A stretch of 64,000 nt of DNA from Minisyncoccia bacterium (GTDB lineage: Bacteria > Patescibacteriota > Minisyncoccia > Phycocordibacterales > UBA918), in assembly GCA_041750655.1 (NCBI GenBank), contig JBGSYZ010000015.1, forward strand, positions 7,119 through 71,118. Reading direction: 5' to 3'. A program made the position numbers and the translations under genes. How positions within the stretch are numbered: the first letter of the stretch is position 1; every line of letters starts with the position of its first letter. Of this stretch, positions 46,497-56,442 are shown one piece after another. Under the pieces are notes generated by a model, which worked only from the letters and a program-made list of their open reading frames with translations, was not told the DNA's origin and made no database searches.

Positions 46497-46916
46497 TTAT
46501 AACCAAAAGATGGCATACAACACCATCGGCACCACCCACGTCAACCAATCAGCGATACCTTTACCACGGGTTTGCTGAAAACGCATTGGATGTGAAAAAA
46601 ATTCTTGGATAAATAACGCTAAAATAGCGACACCTAAAAGTACATAGAGTGCTACTTCACTACCAAAGAGCTTTTGAGAAATAAGGGTTGAAAACACAAT
46701 GAATATAACAGAGCCAATAAAGTGCCACGCTCCGCGATAAAATTGTAATTTATACCCAAGCCGGTTTGGACCGTATGTTTCAATAGCTTTTTCCACCGCT
46801 TGCATATATGACTCACGGCCACGCACAAACCGACCTTCAATTTCTGAGGCAAAAGGGTAGAGTCGGTCCGGAATGGACTCACAATATAGGTATATTTTTT
46901 TAAACCAAGCTTTCAT
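46497..46916 (-). CDS. hypothetical membrane protein
   Basis: 139 aa with 3 predicted TM helices; no recognised domain. Confidence 0.4.
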   Translation of the reverse strand: MKAWFKKIYLYCESIPDRLYPFASEIEGRFVRGRESYMQAVEKAIETYGPNRLGYKLQFYRGAWHFIGSVIFIVFSTLISQKLFGSEVALYVLLGVAILALFIQEFFSHPMRFQQTRGKGIADWLTWVVPMVLYAIFWL

Positions 46917-46968
46917 ACTTAGTATTGTACCCTACCATTATTTAATAAATCACGTAACAGTTTAAAAC

Positions 46969-47904
46969 TTAATCAAAAATAGAGATCAGGTACTCATCAA
47001 TTTTTCGTTGTTCCCAATCGTAGAAGTGAGCGTCATCTTTTCGCAAATCATTAGCCAGGTCGGTGCCCACAAAACGCCAGTGCCAAGGTTCAAAAATGTA
47101 ATAACCATTTTCTTCTGGGTAAGAAAGGGTAAAACCATATTTGTAAGCATTTTTAACTAACCAATCATATGCTGCGGTATTTTCAAAACCAGTTAAACCA
47201 CCGTTGATACCACTAGTAGTAAAATCAATGGTGGTACCAAGTTGATGCTCAGAGTAGCCTTGATCGGCGGAGAATGTATTGGCACCACTACCAAAGGTAG
47301 TAGTGTAGTCGCCCTTAAGTTGGGCTTGCATATCAAATGAACGATAGGCTGATATTACCCACAGATCCACTCCATCTTTTTTGGCTGCTTTTACCATCTT
47401 TTCAAAGTACGGCAAAACTTTACTATGAAGGAAGAATGTTCGACTTTCATCATACTTCCACTCGTTGTCTATTTCTTTCAGACTTTCTGGCACATAATGT
47501 TCGTTTAGGAAATATACTTTGGAGTATTTCTGGAGAAGTTCTTTGTCGGTTTTAGAAAGTTTATCGAGCACTCCGACAGTACCAGCTATATCTTTTATCT
47601 GGTCCTCAAAACCATCGTTTTTGTTTTTTTCATCTCGAAGTTCGTCTTTTAGATTATCTTTGTCTCCCTCAAGGTCAGCCACCACTTCTTCTAATGAAGC
47701 AATAGTAGTGGTAGCGGTCAACAAAGCCATAGTAGTAGAAGCAAGAGTAGTCGAAATAGAGTCATTTTCTTCTATCAAGGCAGCTTTGTCTGCTTCCAGT
47801 TTTTGGTTTTCAGTATACTGGTACACATTGCCACCAACAGCTGCGGTAAGCGCGACCAATAGAACAAAAAGTATCAAAAAGTAGTATTGTGTAATAAACC
47901 GCAT
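46969..47904 (-). CDS. membrane-anchored peptidase M15 (VanY-like D-Ala-D-Ala carboxypeptidase)
   Basis: SEHQLGTTIDF and EPWHWRFVG zinc-binding motifs; N-terminal TM and coiled coil. Confidence 0.75.
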   Translation of the reverse strand: MRFITQYYFLILFVLLVALTAAVGGNVYQYTENQKLEADKAALIEENDSISTTLASTTMALLTATTTIASLEEVVADLEGDKDNLKDELRDEKNKNDGFEDQIKDIAGTVGVLDKLSKTDKELLQKYSKVYFLNEHYVPESLKEIDNEWKYDESRTFFLHSKVLPYFEKMVKAAKKDGVDLWVISAYRSFDMQAQLKGDYTTTFGSGANTFSADQGYSEHQLGTTIDFTTSGINGGLTGFENTAAYDWLVKNAYKYGFTLSYPEENGYYIFEPWHWRFVGTDLANDLRKDDAHFYDWEQRKIDEYLISIFD

Positions 47905-48002
47905 GAGACTCTATTGTACCTTTAAATTCGGTAAGAGAAATGCTTGCTGGGGCTAAAAATGTGTGGTAGCGTAAGCGCGTTATCAGTTAAGACATCAATA
48001 AT

Positions 48003-48543
48003 GTCTGAAAAAGAAATGCCAGCAGCCGAAGTCGGCTCGGTAGAGATGAGCGATGCTAATCACTACGAGTTTGCTTTCCACGTACTTCCAACGGTTGCTG
48101 AAGGGGAGGTAGCCGGAGTGTACGATGCACTCAAGGCGCACATTACTAAAGCCGGTGGTGAGATATCTGTAGAAGAATCTCCTGCCCGGGTTGATTTAGC
48201 GTACGAAATCATCAAACCAATTGATGGTAAAAATCGTAGGTTTACCAGTGCCTATTTTGGGTGGGTTCGATTTGCACTCAAGCCTGAAGCGGTTAAAGAT
48301 TTGACTGAAGAACTAGAAGGAATGACATCGCTTCTTCGTTCAGTCATGATTAAACTCACTCGAGCTGAAGAGGCAGAACCATTCTTCTATCACGAAGCGA
48401 TGGCTTCTGACAAAAAGGTTGTAGAAGTTGGTGACGACGAAAACGACTCAAGTGATGATGATTCTGAAGTTACAGATGATTCTGAAGATGAAGAGGTATC
48501 AGAGGAGGCACTTGAGGATTCGCTGGAAAAAATTACAAAATAA
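48003..48543 (+). CDS. rpsF: ribosomal protein S6 with acidic C-terminal tail
   Basis: HYEFAFHVLP...LAYEI...G.YFGWVRF core; D/E/S-rich tail. Start is uncertain (47944, 48003 or 48045). Confidence 0.8.
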
Positions 48544-48555
48544 CCAGAAACACGT

Positions 48556-48999
48556 ATGTACCTTAATAAAGCCATGATTTTCGGAAACCTCACTCGAGAT
48601 CCCGAACTTAAGTCACTCCCAAGTGGTATGCAGGTGTGTAGCTTCAGTATTGCCACTAACCGTGTCTACAACGACCGAGATGGTAAACGACAAGAACAAG
48701 TTGACTATCACAACATTGCAGTATTTGGTAAGCAAGCTGAAAACAGTGCAAAGTACTTAAAGAAGGGTAGTAGCGCGTATATTGAAGGACGACTACAAAC
48801 TCGCAGTTGGGAAGCTGACGGTGTAAAACATTATCGAACAGAAATCGTGGCCGATCGAGTACAGTTTGGTCCTCGTTCCGGAAGTTCTGAAGGTGGCGCT
48901 CCAAGTAACAGTACTGCCTCAAAAGATGATAGTGGAAAGATGCCGGAGGCTGTGGAATATCCAGAGGAAGATATTAATCCAGAGGACATACCTTTTTGA
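48556..48999 (+). CDS. ssb: single-stranded DNA-binding protein
   Basis: OB-fold pattern (NKAMIFGNLTRDPELK...HNIAVFGKQAE); C-terminal DIPF acidic tip. Confidence 0.9.
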   Translation: MYLNKAMIFGNLTRDPELKSLPSGMQVCSFSIATNRVYNDRDGKRQEQVDYHNIAVFGKQAENSAKYLKKGSSAYIEGRLQTRSWEADGVKHYRTEIVADRVQFGPRSGSSEGGAPSNSTASKDDSGKMPEAVEYPEEDINPEDIPF

Positions 49000-49178
49000 T
49001 TGTTGAACTTACACCATCTGCTTTGTTGCAGTTCGGAAAATATTAGCTCACGGTAGCTATCTACCGCTCGTAATATTTTCCTCCTACGCCTCGCATCTGG
49101 CGCAATTCAAGCAATCAAAACAAACATGACTTTCTAGAATTTAACTAACGACTAATTACTAAAAAATAACCACTAACC

Positions 49179-49382
49179 ATGTCAGAAGATAAAAAAGAAA
49201 AAGTAACTGTGAGCACTCACGTAGACTTCAAAAACGTGCAAAAGCTTCGCAACCACATCAATCCGCACGCGCGTATGTTTGGTCGCAAACGCACAAACTT
49301 TACCGCTAAAGAGCAACGAAATTTCGCCAAAGCTATCAAGCGAGCTCGCTTTATGGCTCTATTGCCGTACGTGAACTACTAG
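49179..49382 (+). CDS. rpsR: ribosomal protein S18
   Basis: FKNVQKLRNHINPHARMFGRKRTNFTAKEQRNFAKAIKRARFMALLPY. Confidence 0.9.
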   Translation: MSEDKKEKVTVSTHVDFKNVQKLRNHINPHARMFGRKRTNFTAKEQRNFAKAIKRARFMALLPYVNY

Positions 49383-49520
49383 GCGTTAGAACAAGGAACG
49401 CAAGCGACTATGTTCTTAGACCGATCCGTAAAATGCTTCCCAAGATGAAGCATTGAGGATCCATTGGTATAAAGCCTAAATAAATTTAATTAGTGGAATT
49501 TATCAATTCCACTAGACTAA

Positions 49521-49548
49521 AAAACCGCCTACATAAGCGGTTTTTTTG
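49521..49548 (+). terminator. terminator after rpsR
   Basis: aaaaaccgc-ctacataa-gcggttttttt. Confidence 0.8.
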
Positions 49549-49580
49549 GGTGTGTTTGTAGACAAATCCACAGTTGTATG

Positions 49581-49610
49581 TTGACAAATTGTGTTAAATA
49601 TTATATAATA
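49581..49610 (+). promoter_or_regulatory. perfect consensus sigma70-type promoter
   Basis: TTGACA, a 17-nt spacer, then TATAAT, followed by an A-run; lies 35 nt upstream of a small GC-rich ORF. Confidence 0.6.
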
Positions 49611-49644
49611 AAAAAAGAGAAGAGTCAATGGAAAGGGAAAACAA

Positions 49645-49818
49645 ATGGGCAAACTGCTGTTCGACGATCCACTCGCCATGGGCGGGCCAATTGTCGCAAT
49701 GACCCGCGAGGACAAGAGTCCGAAAGGGCGTTTCAATTTTATTGTCTGGGTCGCTGAACACGCGATCGGGGCGACTGCCAGGGTCCTGAAACCCCACAAG
49801 GTCGGAGGTGTATCGTGA
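49645..49818 (+). CDS. hypothetical 57-aa peptide (GC-rich micro-operon, gene 1)
   Basis: Hand translation MGKLLFDDPLAMGGPIVAMTREDKSPKGRFNFIVWVAEHAIGATARVLKPHKVGGVS; about 60% GC; below the ORF-track cutoff. Confidence 0.35.
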   Translation: MGKLLFDDPLAMGGPIVAMTREDKSPKGRFNFIVWVAEHAIGATARVLKPHKVGGVS

Positions 49819-49928
49819 AAGAGCATCAGGACGATGACCACTACGCTGGGCCCCAATGGCTCGGACTGGTAATCCTGTTATCGTTCATCGCACCACTGAT
49901 TGCGGTGCTCGTGTATGCGCTCAGCTAA
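49815..49928 (+). CDS. hypothetical 37-aa single-TM peptide (gene 2, GTG start overlapping the upstream stop)
   Basis: GGAGG 7 nt before the GTG; product VKEHQDDDHYAGPQWLGLVILLSFIAPLIAVLVYALS; terminator hairpin immediately downstream. Confidence 0.35.
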   Translation: MKEHQDDDHYAGPQWLGLVILLSFIAPLIAVLVYALS

Positions 49929-49936
49929 GTGCGTAC

Positions 49937-49975
49937 CCCAAAAAAGACCCGTCGCACTCTGTGCGGCGGGTCATC
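49937..49975. terminator. bidirectional terminator (micro-operon and efp)
   Basis: gacccgtcgcac-tctgt-gcggcgggtc. Confidence 0.7.
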
Positions 49976-49992
49976 TTCATTTTATTCTATAT

Positions 49993-50568
49993 TTATGCCT
50001 TATCCACTCGTTCGGTATAAAGACCTGTATCAGTATTGATGGCCACTACATCGCCTTCGTTGATAAACATTGGCACCATGGCTTTAGCTCCGGTTTCTAA
50101 GGTAACTTCTTTTTGCGCGCCAGACGACGTGTTACCTTTAACGGCCTCCATCGCTTCTTTTACTTTGAGCTCCACTTTAATAGGCATTTTTACCCCAATT
50201 ACTTCATCATCAAATACCATAGCGTCTAACTCAGTGCGCTCTTTTATATACTTACCCTGATCACCAATCAAATCCTCGCTCAGCGCAAAACGGTCACCGG
50301 GATTACCGGCGATATGGAACCAGTATTCGCCTGGTTTACGATAGATAAACACAATCTGGCGGGTTTCCAAATCGGCTTCGTCAGCAGTTTCACTAACGTG
50401 GAAGGTGTTTTCTACCACCCGGCCAGATTTTAAACTCTTAAGTTTAGTGATATTTACCGGCTTACGCTGTTGTTTGCGGAACACATGATGAGACAGCACG
50501 AGGAAAGGTTCACCGTCGAAGATAATTACTTTCTTACTTAGAATTTCATTGTATGAGAGTTTTGCCAT
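49993..50568 (-). CDS. efp: elongation factor P
   Basis: Full-length EF-P pattern (KVIIFDGEPFLVL...KPGEYWF...); 191 aa. Confidence 0.9.
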   Translation of the reverse strand: MAKLSYNEILSKKVIIFDGEPFLVLSHHVFRKQQRKPVNITKLKSLKSGRVVENTFHVSETADEADLETRQIVFIYRKPGEYWFHIAGNPGDRFALSEDLIGDQGKYIKERTELDAMVFDDEVIGVKMPIKVELKVKEAMEAVKGNTSSGAQKEVTLETGAKAMVPMFINEGDVVAINTDTGLYTERVDKA

Positions 50569-50669
50569 AATTTGATTGTTTAAAGCGCCTATTTATACCA
50601 GAGTCAGAGCATAAAGGCAAAAATCACACAACTTCTCTTATATTTTATCGGTGATAGTATGGGAAGACC

Positions 50670-51260
50670 ATGCTCGGTATGTCTAGCGGAGAAAGCGCTA
50701 AAGAAATGGCAGATGAAGAGGTTCTGGTTCGTTCTCAGATAGAACCATGGTTGTTTGGTGTGCTCCTAGACCGCTACCAAGATGCTTTTCTACGCAAAGC
50801 TCGCTCGATTGTCCGTAACCCACTCGATGCCGAAGAAGTGGTGCAAGACGCCTTCACGAAGATTTACATCAATGCCGATAAGTTTGAAGTACGCGAAGGA
50901 GCTAAGTTTTCCTCGTGGGCCTACACCATTCTTATGAACACCGCGTTTACTCGTTACCAAAAGCTTATCAAGCATGGGCAGCGCGTGGCCAATCTCGACC
51001 CAGAATTTGAACAATTCATTGGTGACAAAAAAGAACACTCTGGTTTTGAAGAAAAGCGCGATGCCATCGAACGATTATTTGAAAAATTACCGGGACATTT
51101 TGTCTACGTCCTGCGTTTGCACTACCTCGAGCGTTGGAGTCATGCTGACATAGCCGAGGAAACTGGGGAAACAGTCGGCACCGTCAAAGCCCGTATCCAT
51201 AGAGCTAAAGCAGCCTTTCGCAAGGAAGCGGATGGGAATGAGGCAGAGTTGCTTTCTTAA
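50670..51260 (+). CDS. ECF-type RNA polymerase sigma factor (sigma-70 family)
   Basis: Region 2 (DAEEVVQDAFTKIY...FSSWAYTILMNTA) and region 4 HTH (YLERWSHADIAEETGETVGTVKARIHRAKAAFR). Start may instead be at 50706. Confidence 0.8.
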   Translation: MLGMSSGESAKEMADEEVLVRSQIEPWLFGVLLDRYQDAFLRKARSIVRNPLDAEEVVQDAFTKIYINADKFEVREGAKFSSWAYTILMNTAFTRYQKLIKHGQRVANLDPEFEQFIGDKKEHSGFEEKRDAIERLFEKLPGHFVYVLRLHYLERWSHADIAEETGETVGTVKARIHRAKAAFRKEADGNEAELLS

Positions 51261-51333
51261 GTTCTAATCCTACGGCCGGAGCAAACTACGTAACCTTTAT
51301 ACTGTCACCCCAGTTCTAATAAGTGCTCTACAT

Positions 51334-51681
51334 ATGGACACAAAATTACACAAGCACATAATGCGACGGGTGTACTATAGTTTTGCGATTAGCATCACTA
51401 CCCACACCATGTTTTGGCGGGGAGTATTCCTTGGTGCTGCTACTCTACTTTTAGCACAGTGGCTGCACGTCGCGAGTATTATTCATAATATTTTAGCTAC
51501 GCCTTTGGGGAACACCCCACAGTATGTGGCTAATTCATTTGTAAACGCTGCTACCCATGGAGAACTGATGACCGCCTTATTACTGGTGTTGGCGGTAGCA
51601 GTGGGTACTTCTGCCTTATGGCGGATTACTAAAGCCTTAGCAGTTGTAGGTCTAAAAATGCATAACATGCAATTGAACTAA
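51334..51681 (+). CDS. hypothetical membrane protein, possible cognate anti-sigma factor
   Basis: Immediately downstream of the ECF sigma gene; 3 TM helices. Confidence 0.35.
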   Translation: MDTKLHKHIMRRVYYSFAISITTHTMFWRGVFLGAATLLLAQWLHVASIIHNILATPLGNTPQYVANSFVNAATHGELMTALLLVLAVAVGTSALWRITKALAVVGLKMHNMQLN

Positions 51682-51712
51682 ATAACTAAAATTCTAACGA
51701 ACATCGCGAACA

Positions 51713-51788
51713 AAAACCGCAGACTCTACATCGGCGGTTTTTTGTTTTTATGATAAAAGAGCCGCGCCCGCAGGGCGCGGCTCTTTCG
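51713..51788. terminator. two consecutive hairpin terminators
   Basis: aaaaccgcagactct...gcggtttttt and aagagccgcgcc-cgca-gggcgcggctctt. Confidence 0.75.
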
Positions 51789-51912
51789 TTTGGTTAAGTA
51801 TTATTTGTGTCAAAATAATGCTTTTCTAAAAATTGGCCTTGATTGTTCCTCGCCATTTTCTGGGATGAAAATGTCTAACGGAACGACTGGAAAATATAAT
51901 CGCTTGTGCTCA

Positions 51913-52995
51913 TTATTTTCCAGCCTCTTTCATCTCTTTCTTAATGTGTTTTAGTATTTCGTTACTGAGTTTTTTGTCTTCACGCAAAGTAGTACGGGCA
52001 GCATCATAACCGCGACCAAGTTTCACTACCGTACTCTCATCTCCACCAGGGGGAGTGTACGAATACGAAGCACCAGACTTGCTAACCAGACCGTATTTTT
52101 CACCAAGCGCCAAAAGTTCACCTTCGCGGCTAATACCTTCGTTATAGATAAGATCGAATTCGGTAGTCTTGAACGGTGCGGCAATCTTGTTCTTGACTAC
52201 CTTTACTCGGTGGCGACCACCTACCACTTCGTCACCTTTTTTAATTTGCGCAATGCGACGGATATCGAGCCGAACTGAGGTATAGAACTTGAGAGCCTTT
52301 CCGCCTGGTGTAGTTTCTGGGTTACCAAACATGACCCCGATTTGCATGCGGATTTGGTTAATGAAAATCACCACCGTCTTACTCTTGCTGACAATACCCG
52401 TGAGCTTTCTCAGAGCCTGACTCATCAAACGCGCTTGTTTACCTACGTGGTGCGCACCCATTTCGCCTTCGATTTCGTCTTTAGGGGTCAGCGCTGCTAC
52501 TGAGTCAATAACAATCACATCAATCTTTCCTGAACGAACGAGCGACTCCACAATTTCCAAAGCTTGTTCACCTGTGTTTGGTTGTGAGATAAGCAGTTCT
52601 TCGAGCTTAACCCCAAGATTCTTGGCGTACTCCGGGTCCATAGCGTGTTCGGCATCAATGAAAGCACAGACGCCATTCATCTTTTGCGCTTCAGCAATGG
52701 CGTGCAAGGACAGGGTAGTTTTTCCAGAAGATTCTGGTCCGTATATTTCAATAATACGTCCGCGCGGGAAACCACCGATGCCCAATGCATCATCCAGGCC
52801 AATCGAACCAGTCGGCACCGCATCCACGTCGACCTTTTTGGTTTCACCAAGGGTCATGATGGCATCGTCACCAAATTTAGTTTTTATACTTTTCAGCGTC
52901 TCAGAAATATCAACTGCGCCTTTATTCACGTTGTCATTTGCTTCAACAGGTTCTTTCTTCGGGGCGGTTTTTTTGGTTGCTTTTTTTGTTGCCAT
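51913..52995 (-). CDS. recA: recombinase RecA
   Basis: GPESSGKTT Walker A and RecA-specific L1/L2 regions; 360 aa. Confidence 0.95.
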   Translation of the reverse strand: MATKKATKKTAPKKEPVEANDNVNKGAVDISETLKSIKTKFGDDAIMTLGETKKVDVDAVPTGSIGLDDALGIGGFPRGRIIEIYGPESSGKTTLSLHAIAEAQKMNGVCAFIDAEHAMDPEYAKNLGVKLEELLISQPNTGEQALEIVESLVRSGKIDVIVIDSVAALTPKDEIEGEMGAHHVGKQARLMSQALRKLTGIVSKSKTVVIFINQIRMQIGVMFGNPETTPGGKALKFYTSVRLDIRRIAQIKKGDEVVGGRHRVKVVKNKIAAPFKTTEFDLIYNEGISREGELLALGEKYGLVSKSGASYSYTPPGGDESTVVKLGRGYDAARTTLREDKKLSNEILKHIKKEMKEAGK

Positions 52996-53004
52996 AAAAT
53001 TATC

Positions 53005-53382
53005 TTACATGTTAATACTCGAGGCCGGACGATAGACAAACGAACGGGTGAGGGTTGTTTCTCGTCCGTACCGGTCATGGGCACGTATAGTCATTATAGT
53101 ATACCCATTTTCAAGCACCAATTGTTCTGAAAAGGCGCCATTTTCATTAGTGTAGATTGGTCGTCCGTTTATGGTGAGATCGGTTATATTTTCTGCTTGA
53201 CCGGCTATTTCAATAGTTCGTTCATTATAAATTGGTTTAGTTTCAGTCGTGAGATGTACTACTGGACCAATGATGAGAAAACGAGCTTGAAACGCCACAT
53301 AGCCCAATATTACTAACGCTACTAGTGTTAACGAGACTAGCTTTAGGAAGGAACGGAGCTCTAAATACGGACGATTGCTCAT
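53005..53382 (-). CDS. hypothetical membrane-anchored protein
   Basis: N-terminal TM then beta-rich domain; operonic with ftsK/recA. Confidence 0.4.
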   Translation of the reverse strand: MSNRPYLELRSFLKLVSLTLVALVILGYVAFQARFLIIGPVVHLTTETKPIYNERTIEIAGQAENITDLTINGRPIYTNENGAFSEQLVLENGYTIMTIRAHDRYGRETTLTRSFVYRPASSINM

Positions 53383-53384
53383 AA

Positions 53385-55553
53385 TTAATCTTTGTTTTCT
53401 TCAGACTCGTCAGTATTTGAGTTATTTTGGTCCAATATTTCTCGAGGGCGAGCACCGTCAGCTGGTCCGATTACGCCTCGTTCTTCCAGAATATCTATCA
53501 ACCGAGCTGCTCGTGAATAACCGATACGTAGTTTGCGCTGTAGGTATGAAGTGGAGGCTTTACCAGCGTCCATGACCGCTTGTTTTGCGTCTTCATACAA
53601 GTCGTCATCTTCTTCATCGTCAACCATGCTCGCAAACATGGCATCAGCACTCTCACCGTCTTGTTTACCGTCCAGATCAATAGAATCAAGACTGTGGACG
53701 TCTTCCAGGTTCTTGAGGTACTCAATTACTCGCTTAAACTCTTCATCTGACACGTACGCAGACTGAAGACGAATTGGTTTGCTGAGTTCACCAGTGAGAT
53801 AGAGCATGTCACCTTGACCAAGAAGTTTTTCAGCTCCGACAGCATCAAGAATCGTACGAGAGTCAATTTGTGAAGCCACCTGCATCGCTAGGCGAGTGGG
53901 AATGTTGGCCTTAATGGTCCCGGTAATAACGTTTACCGATGGTCGCTGGGTAGCCAGAATGAGGTGAATACCAACCGCGCGGGACATTTGAGCTAAGCGT
54001 ACAATCAAAGCTTCGAGTTCACGCGGGTACGCGTGCATGAGGTCAGCGAGTTCGTCCATCACTATCACAATGTAGGGGAGTGGTTCTGGGAGATTAAGTT
54101 TTTCTTCTTCTGGTTCACCGGCTTCCACCCATTTTTTCTTAGCTGGTTGGTACACTCGTTCGTGATAGCTCGCTAAGTTTTGCATTTTTTCTGCTTGCAG
54201 AATGTCGTAGCGTCGTTCCATTTCTTTTACCGCCCACTTCAGTGAAAGCATAGCTTTTTTGGCTTGCGTGATAACCGGAGTCAGAAGGTGAGGAATGCCA
54301 TCGTAGACAGTGAGTTCAACGCGCTTCGGGTCCACCATAATAAATCGTAGCTGTTCAGGAGAATTACGGAACAGAAGAGAGATTACCAAGTTATGGATCA
54401 TAACCGACTTACCTGAGCCAGTGGTACCCGCGATAAGACCGTGCGGCATGCGCGCAATGTTGGAGAAGTGAGCCTTACCAGTGATGTCTTTTCCAAGGGC
54501 AATCAAGAGTGGTTTGTCTGAGTCAGTGTATTCAGGACTTGAAAGTAGGGAAGCCAGACCCACTTGTGATTTGGTGGTGTTGGGTACTTCGATACCCACC
54601 AGTGACTTACCAGGAATCGGGGCTTCGATGCGGATAGTCCCTGAAGCGAGATTGAGTTCGAGCTCACGTTGCAAACCAACGATACGGGCAATTTTTACTC
54701 CTTGCGCAGGCTTGAGCGCGTAACGAGTAACCGTTGGTCCAATCTCAACCGTGTCCATTTCGACGTTGATACCAAATTCTGCGAGGGTACGTTTAATGAT
54801 GTTGGCATTGGCCTTCACGTCGCCAGTTTTTGGCTTTCCTTTATCTTTATTTAAAAGAGAGAGGGGAGGTGGGGCGTAGCTGCCAGTAAAACTGGAGACG
54901 ACAAAATCACCAGTCTCTTTTTTAAGACCCAACCGTTCACTCACTGACTTTTTCTTAGGTTGCTCTTCGTCAGATTCCTCGTCTTTCTCATCAATCTCTT
55001 CCGCGTCTTCATCAATCTCAGGTTCTATAAAATCAATATCTTCTTCTATCAGCTCATTCGCTTCTTTCGGAGTACGCTTTGGTAGTCGTAAACCGGTGTT
55101 AAAGGTTAAAAATATTCCTACTAACACAATAGCAATAAGGGTAATAGCACTCGCCACGCCACCAATAAAATGCATAAATGGCCACAACACTATAAAGCCA
55201 ATCAACCCACCCATGTCTTCTCCAATTTGTTCTAAGAGAGCCAAACATCCAAAGAACAATAGTAGAGTACCAATAATTTTTGAAGTACTGATAGCCTCGT
55301 CTTCACGTGGGTTCAGGAGTACGTATATGTAGAGGCCACAGACCAATGGTGCCAAGACAAAACCAAACCCAAGTAAATAAGAAAGGGTTTTGTGAGTGAT
55401 ATCACCAACTACACCCGCGTAGCCTAAAGAAGCCAGTATAAAAAATACCCCTAACACCAAAAACACTACCGCGCCGATAGCTTGTTTGGTGTGGCTTGAG
55501 ACATCATCAAATATTGGTGTACGCTCCCTAGTTTTCTTTTTCTTTTTCGCCAT
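53385..55553 (-). CDS. ftsK: DNA translocase FtsK/SpoIIIE
   Basis: N-terminal TM domain, acidic linker, motor with GTTGSGKSV Walker A and ATQRPS, C-terminal gamma wHTH. Confidence 0.9.
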   Translation of the reverse strand: MAKKKKKTRERTPIFDDVSSHTKQAIGAVVFLVLGVFFILASLGYAGVVGDITHKTLSYLLGFGFVLAPLVCGLYIYVLLNPREDEAISTSKIIGTLLLFFGCLALLEQIGEDMGGLIGFIVLWPFMHFIGGVASAITLIAIVLVGIFLTFNTGLRLPKRTPKEANELIEEDIDFIEPEIDEDAEEIDEKDEESDEEQPKKKSVSERLGLKKETGDFVVSSFTGSYAPPPLSLLNKDKGKPKTGDVKANANIIKRTLAEFGINVEMDTVEIGPTVTRYALKPAQGVKIARIVGLQRELELNLASGTIRIEAPIPGKSLVGIEVPNTTKSQVGLASLLSSPEYTDSDKPLLIALGKDITGKAHFSNIARMPHGLIAGTTGSGKSVMIHNLVISLLFRNSPEQLRFIMVDPKRVELTVYDGIPHLLTPVITQAKKAMLSLKWAVKEMERRYDILQAEKMQNLASYHERVYQPAKKKWVEAGEPEEEKLNLPEPLPYIVIVMDELADLMHAYPRELEALIVRLAQMSRAVGIHLILATQRPSVNVITGTIKANIPTRLAMQVASQIDSRTILDAVGAEKLLGQGDMLYLTGELSKPIRLQSAYVSDEEFKRVIEYLKNLEDVHSLDSIDLDGKQDGESADAMFASMVDDEEDDDLYEDAKQAVMDAGKASTSYLQRKLRIGYSRAARLIDILEERGVIGPADGARPREILDQNNSNTDESEENKD

Positions 55554-55746
55554 GTATTTCTCTAATTCGCAGAAGACTAATAGTTATAAAAGTATACCGT
55601 GTTTTATATAGTTACGGCTAAATTTTATCCTTACTTTGAAGAAAATGCTAAATGAAACCAAGTTAAGATACCCCTTGAATAAAGGACAAAATAAGGTACA
55701 GTAATAAGGACAACTCAGAGCCACATCAATAAGTCATTAAAAGACC

Positions 55747-56442
55747 ATGGATAACGATTTAAAAGGACAAGTCCAGCAGAAAAGTCTCATAACAGATGAG
55801 TATTATTATAAATATATTTTTAAAAAGACAGAAAAAATTGTGTCTGCTGTCTTTTTTATGATATCTAAAGGTCAACAAATCCCGCAAGAAAATGTCGTAC
55901 GGGCTGACCTTGAAAGACGCGCCAAGGACGTTCATTCAGTAGCTTTGTCTTTATTAAACCTGGAACCTGATGCCGCTGCGTATGGCATGCAGACTTTATT
56001 GCATGGACTGGTGTCTCTGGATAGTATCCTCAATATCTTCCAAGCCATGGGTGGTATCTCCGAAGCTAATCGACAAATAATCTCATTCGAGATAGAGGGT
56101 GTACAAAGAAGCATGCGTCGATATTTGGGTGATTCTGCATTTGTGCTAAACCTGAATGAATCTACCAGTAGCCAACCAAAAATCAGACACTCTTCAGCCG
56201 CTTCTTCCAACACACCAGCCTCACTCCAAAATAAAACTGCCAGTGATAGTGGTAATCAAGAACGGAGTGATCGCATAATCGGACTTTTAAAAGACATAGA
56301 TGGCTTAGGTATTAAAGACATAGCTGCCGTTATAACGGACTGTAGTGAAAAGACAATCCAAAGAGAACTCATGTCTCTTATTGAAAATGGCTTAGTAAAG
56401 AGAGAAGGAGAAAGGAGATGGTCACGTTATTTCTTAGTATAA
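55747..56442 (+). CDS. hypothetical protein with C-terminal winged-HTH
   Basis: C-terminus IKDIAAVITDCSEKTIQRELMSLIENGLVKREGERRWSRY resembles a DeoR/MarR-like wHTH. Confidence 0.4.
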   Translation: MDNDLKGQVQQKSLITDEYYYKYIFKKTEKIVSAVFFMISKGQQIPQENVVRADLERRAKDVHSVALSLLNLEPDAAAYGMQTLLHGLVSLDSILNIFQAMGGISEANRQIISFEIEGVQRSMRRYLGDSAFVLNLNESTSSQPKIRHSSAASSNTPASLQNKTASDSGNQERSDRIIGLLKDIDGLGIKDIAAVITDCSEKTIQRELMSLIENGLVKREGERRWSRYFLV

